Shown here: positions 49,685 through 62,149 of the stretch, piece after piece
Layout of the letters: every line of letters begins with the position of its first letter
Numbering within the stretch: the first letter of the stretch is position 1
Source: Psammoneis japonica
Taxonomy: Eukaryota
Reading direction: 5' to 3'
Assembly (NCBI GenBank): GCA_008632985.1
Contig: QPGO01000163.1
Span: 1 to 64,000, forward strand
Length of the DNA: 64,000 bases
Position numbers and translations under genes: made by a program
The notes under the pieces: model-generated
What the model saw: the letters and a program-made list of their open reading frames with translations, nothing else
Told to the model about the DNA's origin: nothing
Databases searched by the model: none

Positions 49685-50446
49685 AACGTTATTTGAAGCA
49701 CGCACCGTTTAGAAAAAATACTGTAGTGCTACGTACAATACGTTGTCACCCATTATTCGTGTAAAGTGAATGCACAGCAAACATAAATTGTAGCAGCGTG
49801 GACCAAGTCGTGCATTGGTTCACCTCAATGAGCGTTTTGGTTGGCAGAGTAGTCAAGCCGATAAGTAGTAGTCAAAGCCGACAAGTGTAATGTAGGTTCT
49901 CTCAAAGAATGATAAATGCTCTCTAGAGAGATGTGCAACAAAGCTCCTTTGAGCAAGCTTGCTTCTTGTCGTTTATCTCCATGCCTGCGGAAGCCCATGA
50001 ATGGCTGCAACATCGTTGCGCCTTTTACCACCCGGTGCACACACTTACCGTTGCATGGTGTCAACACTTTTGCTTGTATCCAACATTGTATCATGTACCG
50101 TGGTGTGTATGATCAGCAACTCTTGGTGATACAAATGATTTATTCATGGCGTTGAAGCAGATACATGATGTTTGAGGTGTAGTTCACGCTCCAACGCGTT
50201 TCACATCTCACCGTTTGGATCAGTATTTGGAAGTCTACCTCTCTATGCATGTTATTAGAAGAAGAGTAGAGTGCTCTACTTCTAAGCTTGTATCATTTCA
50301 ATTTTAGCACAAGTGCGCAAGAGAATACTATTGCTCATGTCAACACTACTACTCCTCTTCTTAACTTTGTTCGTTTCTCATTCCACGCGTTTCGGCTTGG
50401 CTCTTGTGGCATATTATCACACTACTACAACAACAACAATCACAAC

Positions 50447-52343
50447 TCAATTGACTCCGGCCGCCACAACCAATTCTTCATCATCATCTTCGTCATTCAC
50501 AATACAATGCGCCCCCGCCGATACGGGATTGGCAATGCCGCCTTGGTGACGGCCAATCCCGCCCACGTGGCATCGCGAAGTGCCACAGTGGGTTGGGACG
50601 CGTGCGATTAAACAACCATTGGCTTCTTGACGCAATTCCTCCAATTCAGCCATGGCCGTTTGCAATCCAATTTTGGTACGAACCACACCGACATGATCCC
50701 ACATGACCTTGCGAACTTCCGACAATAAGGCGTAGCACGGCGATTACAACAGCAGCTGTAGTGTTAGCAGTAGCGCCGTTCTTGCTGTTCGTAGTCTTGT
50801 GCTGTTGCTGTTCTTCCATCACGCTTTCAACACTACTATTCTTCTCACGCATCGTCTCGTAGTGTTGCAAACCACGTTCCGAAGATCCAACATGATGAGC
50901 GACGGCAGAACCAAACACAAGTCCCTCCAACAAGGAGGTGGATGCCAAGCGATTGCCACCGTGCAATCCCGTTCGTGCCGCTTCTCCCGCAGCATACAAG
51001 CCTTGCAATGACGTGGAGCCATTTAGATTGGTTTCAATTCCACCACAGGTATAATGTGCTGCTGGAATGACGGGAATCCAATCCCGTGCCATGTCCAAAC
51101 CACGTTGGGACAAGTGAGCATGAATGGATGGAAAGCGATCATATAACCACTGAGCATCACGATGGGAAATATCCAAATAGACTTTTTCTCCCGTCACTTG
51201 TGATTCTTCAAAGACACCTCGTGCCACAACATCACGGGGTGCCAATTCCCCATCAACATGGAATTCACGTGCAAAGGCTTTGCCGGATGCATTGCGTAAA
51301 ATGGCACCCTCACCCCTGAGTGCTTCTGTCAATAAAAAGCGTGCTTCTCCTTTTAAATTGAGAGAAGTGGGATGAAATTGGACATATTCCAAATCACTCG
51401 TAGAAACGGAAATTCGTTCGGCAAGACCGACACTGCTGCCGAGTGCATTGAAACCGGATGGATTGGTGGAATGTTGATAAATACCCGCCAATCCACCATT
51501 TGCCAAAACGGTGCCACGATGCGTATACATGTTTTCGACAAGACCCGTTTCTGTATTCAAGGTCGAAACGCCCATGCACTTGTTTTCGGAAGAAACAAGC
51601 ACATCGGTGACCAAGGTATGGGGTACCAGTTCAATCAGGGGATGACGTGCCGCAGCTTCCGTCAAATGCTGTGTAATCACCTTGCCCGTATGATCCTTGT
51701 AATGAATAATACGTGGAGCCGCATGAGATGCTTCTGCGTAGTAGTAATAAAAGGGAGTATACGAGTGAGAAGAAACATGCGCATGCAAAAAATATAGCAT
51801 GGGTATGTCAACCATTAACATATACACAACAACAATAACAGTATAATACGCACCTAAACAACACTTGAGACTGTTATCGTTTGGATTACGATCAAACGGG
51901 ACATTGGCAAAACTTTTGTTTTTTGAATTCAACAAGAGTTCCTCCACGATAGTGGGTCCTTCGGTTGCCACTTTATGGACAGCCTCCATACGACACAATC
52001 CGGCACCGGCACGGACAATGTCCTCCATTAATAGTTGAGGTGAATCACCCTCTGCAGGATTCTTGTAAATGATTCCACCCTGGGCCCAATACGAATTGCA
52101 ATCATGCGCCACATTGCCGGCAAAGAGTAATTTGACGGGTATCTGATAATAGTGAGCCGCCACCATGGCTGCGGCACAACCGGCAACACCGGAACCCGTG
52201 ACAATGAGTGAATCATGATTAGAAGTAGTTTGAAAGAATCGTTTGTGGTTGGAATCAAAACTACCAACAACACGGTTGTTGTATCTCGTAAAACACGAGA
52301 GCCTGCCCGTAGAGGACAGTCTCCTAGCTTGCCTCACCAACAT
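50447..52343 (-). CDS. nadB: L-aspartate oxidase
   Basis: GSGVAG, NSYWAQGGI, EASH, YVQFHPT, LLTEALRGEGA, ELAPRDVVAR, AAHYTCGG, GLHGGNRLASTSLLEGLVFG. One intron ~51852-51734. Small frameshifts in the 3' part. Confidence 0.92.
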
Positions 52344-52989
52344 TATGGTTTGATGATGATGAGGTTATTGTGTGTTGTGTTAGAGTGTTACAACAAGAGT
52401 AATGGTTGTTGTTATGAACGAAACGTCTCTCTCTCTCTCCTTCCGGAAGAAGAAGAAAAGTATAAAACGTGGTTGTTTGTTTGCACAGTGTATGCGCTGA
52501 CACACACTTGCCACCACGAATGCCGATCGTATCCAAGATATCTTCTACATACACCATCAACGGATCAATTTGATTGGTTGGAATAAATCGTGTGATGGGG
52601 AGAATGGGTTATGAGGTGCGATGTTGTGTTGAATGATGTCGGCGAGTGTGTAGAATTCGTACTGTAGAACTACGTACAGCAACGACACCCCGTGGGTGTA
52701 CCGGGCCAATACATCCAAAAAAATCTACCCTCAGTTCTACCATGTAGAGAGTAGTACTCATCCTACGGGGAAGAAGACCAACCCGTAGCCATCAGTAGAG
52801 AAGCTACGTGCTAGTAATCAACCTACGCAAACCCCACGCGAGGAGTTGAAGCCGAAAAAAAACTCCAAGACGAAGCGAGCGACGCTCAAAAAACACCGCG
52901 CCGTCACCTTGACCATGGCCTTTGAACGCCCGTAGTTCTACTCGGTACCCATTACAGCAAAGGTATGAATGCCAACATTGACTAATGAG

Positions 52990-53700
52990 ACTATGAAAAA
53001 AATGATGCTTGCTTTGGATTTTTTGCTTACCCTTGCCTTTTGGGTGTTTGATGACTTTTGCTGCAAGAGAGGAAACACGCGGCGCCACCGCGTCGGTAAC
53101 AGTAGCGTTGATATTTCTACTCGGTGATTTGAGGACAAAGGTGAGAATGCCAATACTTGCTAAACTTAGCTTTAAAAATCGTATGGTTGTGTTTGCACTC
53201 ATTACAAAGCCCGTATTTTGGGCGTTTGATGCTTTTTTCTGAGGCACAGCTTTTCTCTCACTTTTTCTATTGTTTTGTGGTCGCTCATAGGTCTACCCGG
53301 CACCCATTGCAGCGACGGCATGAACACCGCTACGGATAAATATGACTATGGAAAAAAATGATGCTTGCAGTGGATTTGTTGCTGCTCCTCACCTCTTGGG
53401 TGTTTCGCGACTTTTGCTCCCAGAGAGGACACTGACAGGACTGCCGCGTCTGACACAGTAGCATTCATAATCAAGCTCGGCTTCGGACTGCAAAGGTAAG
53501 AACAACAAAATTTGCTAATAATAATGTCGAATATGTGATGGAAATGTTTGTTTGTTGTACACATCTCATGTTTTGTGCGTTTGATGATTGTCAAGTGTGG
53601 CGCAGTTTTTTCCTCACAGTTTCTCCTGTCTCGCCGTCGCTGACAGGCCCACTCGGCACCCATTGCAGCATAGGTGCCAAGGTGAATACGGACCAAATAG
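52990..53700. repeat. Diverged tandem duplication (~355 bp x2)
   Basis: 'actatg(g)aaaaaaatgatgcttgc..tggattt...ggcacccattgcagc' at ~52990 and ~53346. Confidence 0.7.
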
Positions 53701-54738
53701 TTATAAAAAAATGTATCTCAAGCCAAGGATGCGGAACAATCTATTTAAAGATCAACGGCAGCAACCCTTGGTCGTGCCTTCCGCGCTAGGGAGCAGCTTG
53801 TTTTCTTCTCAAGCTGGTGGAAGTGCAATGAGGTGCTGATTGTTCCTTAGGCTAATGCAATTGTTTAGTACTATTTAAATATAAAATTCACAACAGTAAT
53901 CTCAAATAGGTGCTTTAGAGCTTGTCAAAGTTGAAAGCAGTGCAAGTCGTTCGTCTGCTTTCCCACAGGGAGTGTGAAGCTTTCTACTGCACTCAGGACG
54001 CCTGTGAGTGCTGCTTGCCATGCCACCATAGATGCAGTTGGCATTGGTGCAGTTGCCGGGGTTGCATACGGCAACGCTCATGGTTGAGATGCCGCATTGA
54101 GACGAGTAGAACTTTCGAGTATTTTTTTTGTTCCTCCCGTCGCACTCGACATCACCAAGGACAGACTGTTTAGATCGCGCGAAAGGGGCGCGCAGGGTAG
54201 AATTTTTGGCTCCGAAAATTCTACTGTGCCTTCTACCTGAGTGGAATAAACAGTGGATGTACGGTAGATCTTTTTAGAAGATGCCAACACCGTATTGACA
54301 TTTTTACATACGAGAATTCCACTTTCCAGTAGAAAAATACTACTTGGGTAGAATTTTGGGTGTAACGGCACTGTGCAGTGCCATGTGCGTGCTGATGACT
54401 GACACGACCCAATGAGCTTGCGTCATCAAGAATTATGCGAGGTCCGCAGAGCTCGACACATTGTTTCAAACACATGCAGTCTTGTGCAAACCTTCCTTCT
54501 TTTTTTTTTTGGAATTGTGCAAAGAAACAAACAAATGAAATTGGAACATCATGGCACCACACAAGGAAATTGACACTTTTTTTTTTCTTTGAAAAAAGAA
54601 AGAGGAGCCATGTGAGACAGCGCACCTTTTTTCAAAAAAAAAGCCAGGCTGTGTGGCACCAATCTGTGTGAATTTTTTGTGCATGTGGGGTGCTCTGTAA
54701 AATTTGCAGTGATTGATTTGCATTCACTCCAACACTCC

Positions 54739-54739
<1 letters not shown>

Positions 54740-54806
<67 letters not shown>

Positions 54807-54831
54807 CACACACACACCACACACACACACA

Positions 54832-54868
<37 letters not shown>
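54740..54868. repeat. Interrupted (CA)n microsatellite
   Basis: Direct inspection. Confidence 0.95.
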
Positions 54869-54870
<2 letters not shown>

Positions 54871-55384
54871 CGTGATCTCGATGACCTCAAATCAAAGCTT
54901 CAAGACTCTTCGGCTGACAGTGATTCTGCTGACAAAGACCAAGAAGAACCCCAACAAATGATTGATCACCCACATGATCTGGACACTTTGTGTGAATTTT
55001 CATGAGTGATTGTGTGAGAACCAAAATTTCGTCAACTTTTTGTGAGGAGAAATGTGTCAAGTGATTGTTGACAAACGACCTCACAACGAAAGAATGTTGT
55101 GCTTGTGGAAGAGACGTCCGTTCGGCAACGGCTGTTTTGCAAATGCAACAGCTGATTGTGCACTGCCAGCTGTCTGCTCAACCCATTTGCACCAAGCCAC
55201 GTAGAAAAATCACGCAGTGGAAATCCGGAAAATGCCGCAATCATGCGCAAAATGTGCCAGGACAGATGCTGTGGAATTGATGTCATTGTGTTCCTGCAGA
55301 TGTTTTTTTTTGATGCTTTGTGTGCTGATGTCATTGCCAGTTTGCTGGCGTCATTGCCAGTCGTGCTCAAATCATCGCCAACCG

Positions 55385-55502
55385 TGCTCAAATGTGCTCA
55401 AAAGTGCTCAAATGCTGCTCAAAATGCTCAAATGTGCTCAAATGCTGCTCAAATGCTCAAATGCTGCTCAAACAATGCTGCTTGTGCTCAAATGCTGCTC
55501 AA
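55385..55502. repeat. Short tandem TGCTCAAA-type repeats (also at 56528-56603)
   Basis: Direct inspection; the two arrays flank the MITE pair. Confidence 0.8.
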
Positions 55503-55567
55503 GCAATGAGGGCTCTCCTTGACATGACGACGCCGAATGAAGAAGAAGCAAGGCCAAGCGCATCTCA

Positions 55568-55963
55568 GACACGTTCCAGCTCTGGGTGGGACCTCGCACT
55601 GCTGAACTGTGACACAATTGTTTTTTGTCATCCGTCGCATGTTTCGCGCACACATTTCTGCGTGCTCCATTGTAAAAAATTGTTCCACACTGCCTGTTTT
55701 GCGAAGCCAAAGGCTTTCTGTTGTCCACACTCATGTCAACAAAAATGTGCTGGGTGCATTCTTCAATGTCTGAAGAACACACCCGGGCATGCTGCAAAGA
55801 ATGTGCTTCAAGTGTGGAGGAGGAGACACGTTCGCAAAATTGCCTCTTTTTCTGTTGGTGATCATTCGTGCATTCATTGCTTGACAATTTTACCGCAGAG
55901 CTCGCACGCAGAATTCTGCGGGCCCAATGTCACAAAAAGTCCCACCTGGGACTGGAACCCGTC
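55568..55963 (+). mobile_element. 396-bp MITE, family A (subfamily 1), TpA-converted
   Basis: GACACGTTCCAG...CTGGAACCCGTC with exact 4-bp TSD CTCA/CTCA. Confidence 0.9.
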
Positions 55964-56006
55964 CTCACTGAGCAGTGTGATGCAGCCTGTCTCATCTTTG
56001 CTTTGA

Positions 56007-56384
56007 GATGGGCTCCAGTCCTGGGCGGGACTTTTTGTGACATTGGGCCCGCAGAATTCTGCGTGCGAGCTCTGCAGTGTGAGAATTTAATTTGTCTTCA
56101 ACATCAAATGTGCGACCAAGTTTGTGGTGCAATTTTGCCCATCGCATGTTGAGGTTTTCGCAAATGTGCCTGCCCTGCACCATTCATGAGACATTTGAGA
56201 ATGGCGCAGAAGAAAAAAATGTCAAAAGTTGTTGGACGGATCGCTCAACAAGTGTGCCACAAAATGATGCAAAATTGTGCCGAAGTCACGTAGAAATGTG
56301 CGTGCGCGACATGCGGCGCAATCCAAAAAACTGTCGATGTCACAGTTCAGTGGTGCGAGGTCCCACCTGGAGCTGGAACTCATC
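56007..56384 (-). mobile_element. MITE family A (subfamily 2), inverted
   Basis: GATGGGCTCCAG...CTGGAACTCATC, flanks TTGA/TTAA. Confidence 0.8.
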
Positions 56385-58092
56385 TTAAATCAACCTGGCT
56401 GGCTGGAGCAGCTCTCAGTGGCAGCAGCAGTGGTGCCAGCACAACAACTCGGTTTTCATGCCGGTGTGTGCACTCTACTTGGCTCACGCAAGTTGATCAC
56501 TTTTTGGATCGTGTGCTTGAACACACGTGCTCAAATGTGCTCAAATTGCTCACGCGTGCTCAAACTTGCTCAAAAGTGCTCAAATGTGCTCAAAAGTGCT
56601 CAAAAGAATCGCCAAAATTGTTGGCGATCGAAATGAGCAGGGTTGGTGATTGAAATGAGTTTGGTTGACGAATGTCTGTTGTGCGTGCATGCACACACAT
56701 GTGATTTTCCTGTCAATTGATGATGAGCTGACAGCTGCGCGCGCCATGCATGTGACAAATTGCAGCGTCTGTCCTGGCACGTTTTGCACACAATCACGGC
56801 ATCTTCCAGTGGATGGCAATTCTGTGCTGCAGAAAGCTGCAATGCCTGGCATGACAAAAGGAGAATTGGGTTGAGTGATCATCACCCTGTTTCGCACCAG
56901 AGCCTGCGTGATTCTGCACATGGCGTCATGATCACTTCAGAGCTCAGTTTGGTTTTACCGCGGGATTCCCCAAAATTCCCCAGGATTGCCACCTTTTGCC
57001 ATGATTTTCCACGGGAAGCATGATTTCCCGAGGAATCGCCACGAATGCCGTCTCGTCATGTGTGTGCTTGAGCCACGAATGTGGGTTGATTTGTTGGTGA
57101 TTCCCCGTGCTTCCCCTCTCATGCATTTCTGCGCCTTCCACGTGCCGGGACGCATGCGGAGCCACACACCGACCGACCGCAACAAAAAAATGGGCAACAC
57201 GCCATGGCGCTTTCGTCTCCCATTTATGACGGCTTTTGTCAAACAATGATGACGCCAGTTGATCCAATGAACAACACTGATTGATTGTGATCTGCAGAAT
57301 GAAGATGAGATGAAGCAGAACAGATTGTGTGCAGAACAGCAGTGCAATTGATCGTTGGTCGTCAGTTGTTCTTTTGTCGTGCAATCACAAATGCAAGCCA
57401 TGAGGCGCACAGCAAAGGCCAAGGCAAAAGCAGAGTCATGTGCAGCCAACGATGTCAATGTGGCGGATTGAACAGTCACCCTCATTCTTCCAATTCACAC
57501 GTCTTGTGTGCAGAATGAAGGGGATCGTGCAGATCACTCTTTTGTCATGCATTCAGAAAGGCAAGCCACAAGGCGCCCAGTGTGAAGGATGAGGCAAAAG
57601 CAGAACCGCACATGATTGACAAAAAATGGCGGATTGATTGACAATGTTTGTTCTCCCTTTGGCCTGTCTCATGTGCAGAATGCAGTGCGTCATTGTTTTT
57701 TCCTTCTTGTGTCGTGTGGTCACAAATGCAAACCACAACGGCTCTAGAGCAAAGGCCGAGGCAAAGACAGAGCCGCACGTGAGCAATGTTGATGTGCGCG
57801 ATTTAATGGTGAAGTTCTTTCTTCCCTTGCTCTGCCACAAGGGGGCGCTTTGTGTCAATTTGTCGATGAATCCGTCATGGTCGTCGCCCGGCTGGATGAA
57901 AATAAGAAAAAGGCACACCGGCCTAACCCAAATCAAACGGGAGTTGCCGCAATGCACTCGTTTTTTGTTCCCCTCCCCGAGCCCTTTTTGGTCGTTCCTT
58001 CCCGCTAAATTGCCCTCATTTCCCGGGAATTTCCCAAAAGGGTAAGGTAATTCCCCCTCACCCTTGCCATTTTGGGGAATCAGCACTCATTT

Positions 58093-58299
58093 GGGGGAAG
58101 ACTCCAGCCAGCAGCTGGGTGAAAAAAGTCTTCTCGTCAGTGCGTTTGGGGGTTTTGCAAGTGCAATTTTTACGTGCGCAAAAAGAAGACGAGTCTGTCC
58201 AGCGTTCATCAAAACCCCCTAACGCACAGATTGACAGACTCTTTCAGGACAATTTCTACACAAAATTCTTCAGCCACCAGCTGGCTGGAGACTTCCCCC
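58093..58299. mobile_element. MITE family B, inverted relative to 47189-47416
   Basis: TIRs GGGGGAAGACTCCAGCCAGC / GCTGGCTGGAGACTTCCCCC; internal match to the 47 kb copy. Confidence 0.75.
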
Positions 58300-58363
58300 A
58301 TAAAATCATTCATGGTCAGTCCCACGCTCTGCCGACATTACCTTTTGGCTAACCCTCTTGCGA

Positions 58364-60877
58364 ATGAGCGGACAACCAATTATCCTTGGCAAACGAAAAA
58401 GGAATAAAGAGGAGGATCCAGCTGAAATGATGCAGCAGGTCTCAATCGAAAATGGTGAAGAAAGTGCACCGGAATCGATGGAGCTCGTAGTGGACACTGC
58501 CGTGAGCGTCATAGATGACTCGACCACAGTCATCGCCTCCGAAGTTGTGCAGGAATGGTTAAAGGACGTGAAAGACCCAGCCGCAAAGAGTGCTGTGGAA
58601 GACAAGCAGCAGCAAATAATTGAAGGTTTGACGTCACTAGCGAATGAAAAAGAATGGTTGTCAAACAACCGCGACCTCAGGATTCTCGACATCAAGTCCG
58701 CAGTTTTTCTTGCTACGCTGCAGCTGCCACAAAACGTAGCCCAAGACTTAACCTTTCGCTTTGTGGATGCTATCCAAGAAAGCAAAAAAACCGAGTGGGG
58801 AAAACGCGTGGCGACTCTGGACTACAAAATTGAAGAGATGGCGCTTTCGCACACTCATGACGTCAAACAGTTTTTGAAACAAGCCGTGATAGTGTCTAAA
58901 TGGTATGAAGAGAACAACCAGTTACAGGACGCCCCGTATTTTTGCTTGATTCAATCAAGTGGAATGGGCAAGACCAAGATCATGTACCATGCCTGCAAGG
59001 AATTAGAGAAGAAGCAAAGGTGGCGGTGCTCCCTGGTACTCCCGAGTCAGATCCAGACGGGAAGTTTATCGCCTTCAAATGCACAAAACGTCTTCAAAAA
59101 GCGAATAAGCCTCGAAGGAGTTCTTACAAAAAACACACCCGTTAGCACAATAGTTGGTCAAGGCTTTGCGAAACTGGATGAACTGGTGGCTGCAACTGTT
59201 GGAAAGGAGGAAATCACGGAAACTCCCCAAAACGACTATGTCTTTCTTTGCTTTGACGAAGCACAGGCTTATTTGGATTCGTTTGAGGAAACAAACGAAT
59301 CAGATGAAAAGTTGAAAACAGAGCACCCGTCACTACTTTTCAGGATTATTCGTTTGTGGCTGCGAAAGAAGCGATCTGATGGCGTAAGAATTGTTGCTTG
59401 TTTTGCCGGGACAACTGCAAATTTGAATAGTATTCGCTTCGAGTTTGATGATGACAAAAGATTGGTGAATACAGCTCCTTCACGTGATTGGAAGGCTAAG
59501 GATGCTAGCTTCTACAAAAAAGGATCTGAGGTCTTTCCGGTGTTCACAGTGACGACCACTATGGGGTGTATCACCAAGACGAAAGAAGGAAGCGAATACA
59601 AAAAGGCAATTCGTTACGGGCGCCCTCTGTTTGCAGTTTTGGATGCCAACAATGAACTTGAAGCGAAGCTGCAGAATATTATTGGTCGTATGCTCTTAAG
59701 TAAGTTGGATTGGGAGAACAGCTTGCCCGCATGTCTCAGTGTTCTTGCTACTAGGGTGCAAATGGGCCAAACGACCTTTTCAATCGCTTCCGATCTCGTT
59801 GCCAACGGATATGCAAATCTTACCTCGGTCTCATCGGGTTCTGCCAGAATGTGCTTTATGACCGATCCCGTGTGCGCCCGTCTTGCTATGCGCTTGATGG
59901 ATCCAGAGTTCGCATGCGGGCTATTCAATGGGAAGAAACCACAGTGGTGGGTTGGGAAGATGGCTAAATTATTCTCTCGGGGTATCTGTAGTCCCGAGAA
60001 GGGTGATTTTGGTGAAGTGATGGTTGCCTTTTACTTGTTGCTCTGTGGGGATGAGTTACGTCGACCCATGCGAGAAGAAACGTTCTCTGTTTCATTGGAC
60101 GATTGGCTTGGTACTTTGCAGTGCGGAGGGCACCCCAAAAATCCCGTTGTGCCTTCTTCAAATGCCAGGGTGACGGTCAACTTCATTCAAGTCTGTCGCA
60201 ACTACCTTCGTTCTTACGGAGTCAGTTGGGAGGGTTTGAAGGACCAAGGCTTCTTGAAGTATGTATACGAATCCGCTACCGCTTTTTATGTTTTTGGAGG
60301 CTGCCCTTTAATTGATATGGCAGGTGCCATCCGAATTTACAATTCAATCACGAGTGAGATATCCTTTGCACCGCTTTTCATTTCCATCAAATCACATCAC
60401 TATTTTTCACCGAAACGAGCGAAACAAGAATGCGAAAAGATGTTGGACAGGGCTACCGAGAGTGGCTGTACGCAGGCGTTGTGTCTCCTCATTGTATTTG
60501 GGTCGCCAACGTCGTCTACCGATGAGGTCTATGCTTTTAACGGGTGTTTGGCCGAAAAAGTCACTGGAAATAAACCTGTGGCTTGTATTATTCGCATCCC
60601 GGACGATGATTCTTTTGGGGTAACCGATGCTTTTGTCAAGCTTACATCTGGCGGAGCAGCGGTTGGTGAGGTTATGGCGTCGCATCCTTATATTCGTGCG
60701 AACATTGGAGTGCCAATGGTGCTTGAACCCCAATTCGCTCTCCGACGAGGGGAGAAAGATGAAGAAGCAAAGGACATTTTGACGACTCTTTCCAATGAAC
60801 TCAGAAATGAAGCCAGACCTACCGTAACACCAGTGGGAAATCCGCGAGTAAGTAGTTTGGACGGTCAGCTGCAATGA
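58364..60877 (+). CDS. Intronless P-loop NTPase with possible C-terminal restriction-endonuclease-like domain (Crinkler/CR-NTPase-like)
   Basis: Walker A 'IQSSGMGKTK', Walker B 'FLCFDEAQ', 'KGDFGEVMV', and 'PLIDMA...LFISIKS'; 837 aa open frame with normal TpA content. Confidence 0.65.
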   Translation: MSGQPIILGKRKRNKEEDPAEMMQQVSIENGEESAPESMELVVDTAVSVIDDSTTVIASEVVQEWLKDVKDPAAKSAVEDKQQQIIEGLTSLANEKEWLSNNRDLRILDIKSAVFLATLQLPQNVAQDLTFRFVDAIQESKKTEWGKRVATLDYKIEEMALSHTHDVKQFLKQAVIVSKWYEENNQLQDAPYFCLIQSSGMGKTKIMYHACKELEKKQRWRCSLVLPSQIQTGSLSPSNAQNVFKKRISLEGVLTKNTPVSTIVGQGFAKLDELVAATVGKEEITETPQNDYVFLCFDEAQAYLDSFEETNESDEKLKTEHPSLLFRIIRLWLRKKRSDGVRIVACFAGTTANLNSIRFEFDDDKRLVNTAPSRDWKAKDASFYKKGSEVFPVFTVTTTMGCITKTKEGSEYKKAIRYGRPLFAVLDANNELEAKLQNIIGRMLLSKLDWENSLPACLSVLATRVQMGQTTFSIASDLVANGYANLTSVSSGSARMCFMTDPVCARLAMRLMDPEFACGLFNGKKPQWWVGKMAKLFSRGICSPEKGDFGEVMVAFYLLLCGDELRRPMREETFSVSLDDWLGTLQCGGHPKNPVVPSSNARVTVNFIQVCRNYLRSYGVSWEGLKDQGFLKYVYESATAFYVFGGCPLIDMAGAIRIYNSITSEISFAPLFISIKSHHYFSPKRAKQECEKMLDRATESGCTQALCLLIVFGSPTSSTDEVYAFNGCLAEKVTGNKPVACIIRIPDDDSFGVTDAFVKLTSGGAAVGEVMASHPYIRANIGVPMVLEPQFALRRGEKDEEAKDILTTLSNELRNEARPTVTPVGNPRVSSLDGQLQ

Positions 60878-61339
60878 GCATGCAAGCAGCACAGCGGGGT
60901 GTTCTTCAAGACACCTGGATTTACGTAGATGCTGCAGCACATTGCTTAAGTTAATTAGGACAAAAGATTTCACAGAAATGAGAAAAAAAGAAGTCCCTTG
61001 TAGTCCTCAACTTCTTGGCAGGTCAGAATTTGTTGTAATGAAAACTGCAGCAGAGCAAAAAAAAGCGTTTTGCTGTGAGCTTCAAATGTTTGGAATCCTG
61101 TCAATGTGCCGCAATCCCTCTGTCGGGACCACTTGATTTATCAACTTAATTGTAGATGAGCTGTCAATGAGAAAGGGATTTGGCCCTGGCGGGGAACACC
61201 CAAAATTGCTCCAGCACAGATTGCAGGCAGAGAACATTCTTCGACCCAGCAAAAACTGCAAGAAACATGGTCTCTGTTTGCAGCTGTGAACCTCTGTGTT
61301 GCAATGTTGCAAAGGTCAGAAGAGCTGGCTGCACCAGCA

Positions 61340-61470
61340 AGTGCATGTGAACATCCCATGGTGGCAGCAGAGCATCTCTTGTGTGGGTCATTGGCATGGG
61401 CAGCATCAGTGCAGCCAACCAACAGGAAACGATGCTTGGCCTCTAACCATTCAAAATCATGTGGCGCCTC
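61340..61470 (-). mobile_element. Ty1/copia RNase H N-terminal fragment
   Basis: 'LLVGCTDAAHANDPHKRCSAATMG' resembles LVGY.DAAHAND..KRRSTTG. Confidence 0.6.
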
Positions 61471-62149
61471 TTGCCATTGGCGTGAAAGTCTCAGGAGTTG
61501 ACAGCCCACATTGCAAGTGATTTTCAGTGTGCTTGGCAAGTTGCAGCTGCCATGGTGGGATGGAAAAAATTAACGTCAGCCAACTGACAGTTTTTGGGTT
61601 GATGACATGTGCAACCAAATGAGCTGCAACCACATCACTGCCCACAGTGCCAAACACTGCTCAATTCAGCAAATTGGCATCTGTTCTGTGCCAACTGGCC
61701 TGCACTGATTTAAGTCTCTCCAGACATTGAATCTTTTCCCGATGTCCATTGCACTGCCCATGCCAGTGCCACATGTTTTTCTTGTGCTTTGAGTTCTTCT
61801 CTTCCCAATGGAGACAACGCTGCTTTCTCACCAACACAGCATTTTGGGGCCTGTGCCTCAGCAGATTTGTCCACCAAAGCAACACTTTCCACCCAGCAAT
61901 GAGAATCTGCAGCTGCAACACATTTGTTGATGACTCTGCTGAAAAATGGAGCCAAGACAGACATGCTGGGGCACAGCAGTTTAAAATCCTCACACGAATT
62001 TTCGTGTGTTTTTTTGTTGAAAAGGAGAGGGCAGTTCACTGCTGTCAAGAGCCAGACATGCACCACAGCTCAAGTTGACCATGGGAGGAATGGCTGCGCA
62101 CCAACGGGTGTGCCTTCGATTCCCTTGGAGGTGATTTCAACTCATGTTG

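Noticed and set aside
54549..55005. Poly-(CV)/(HT) ORFs
   Set aside because: Translations of the (CA)n microsatellite
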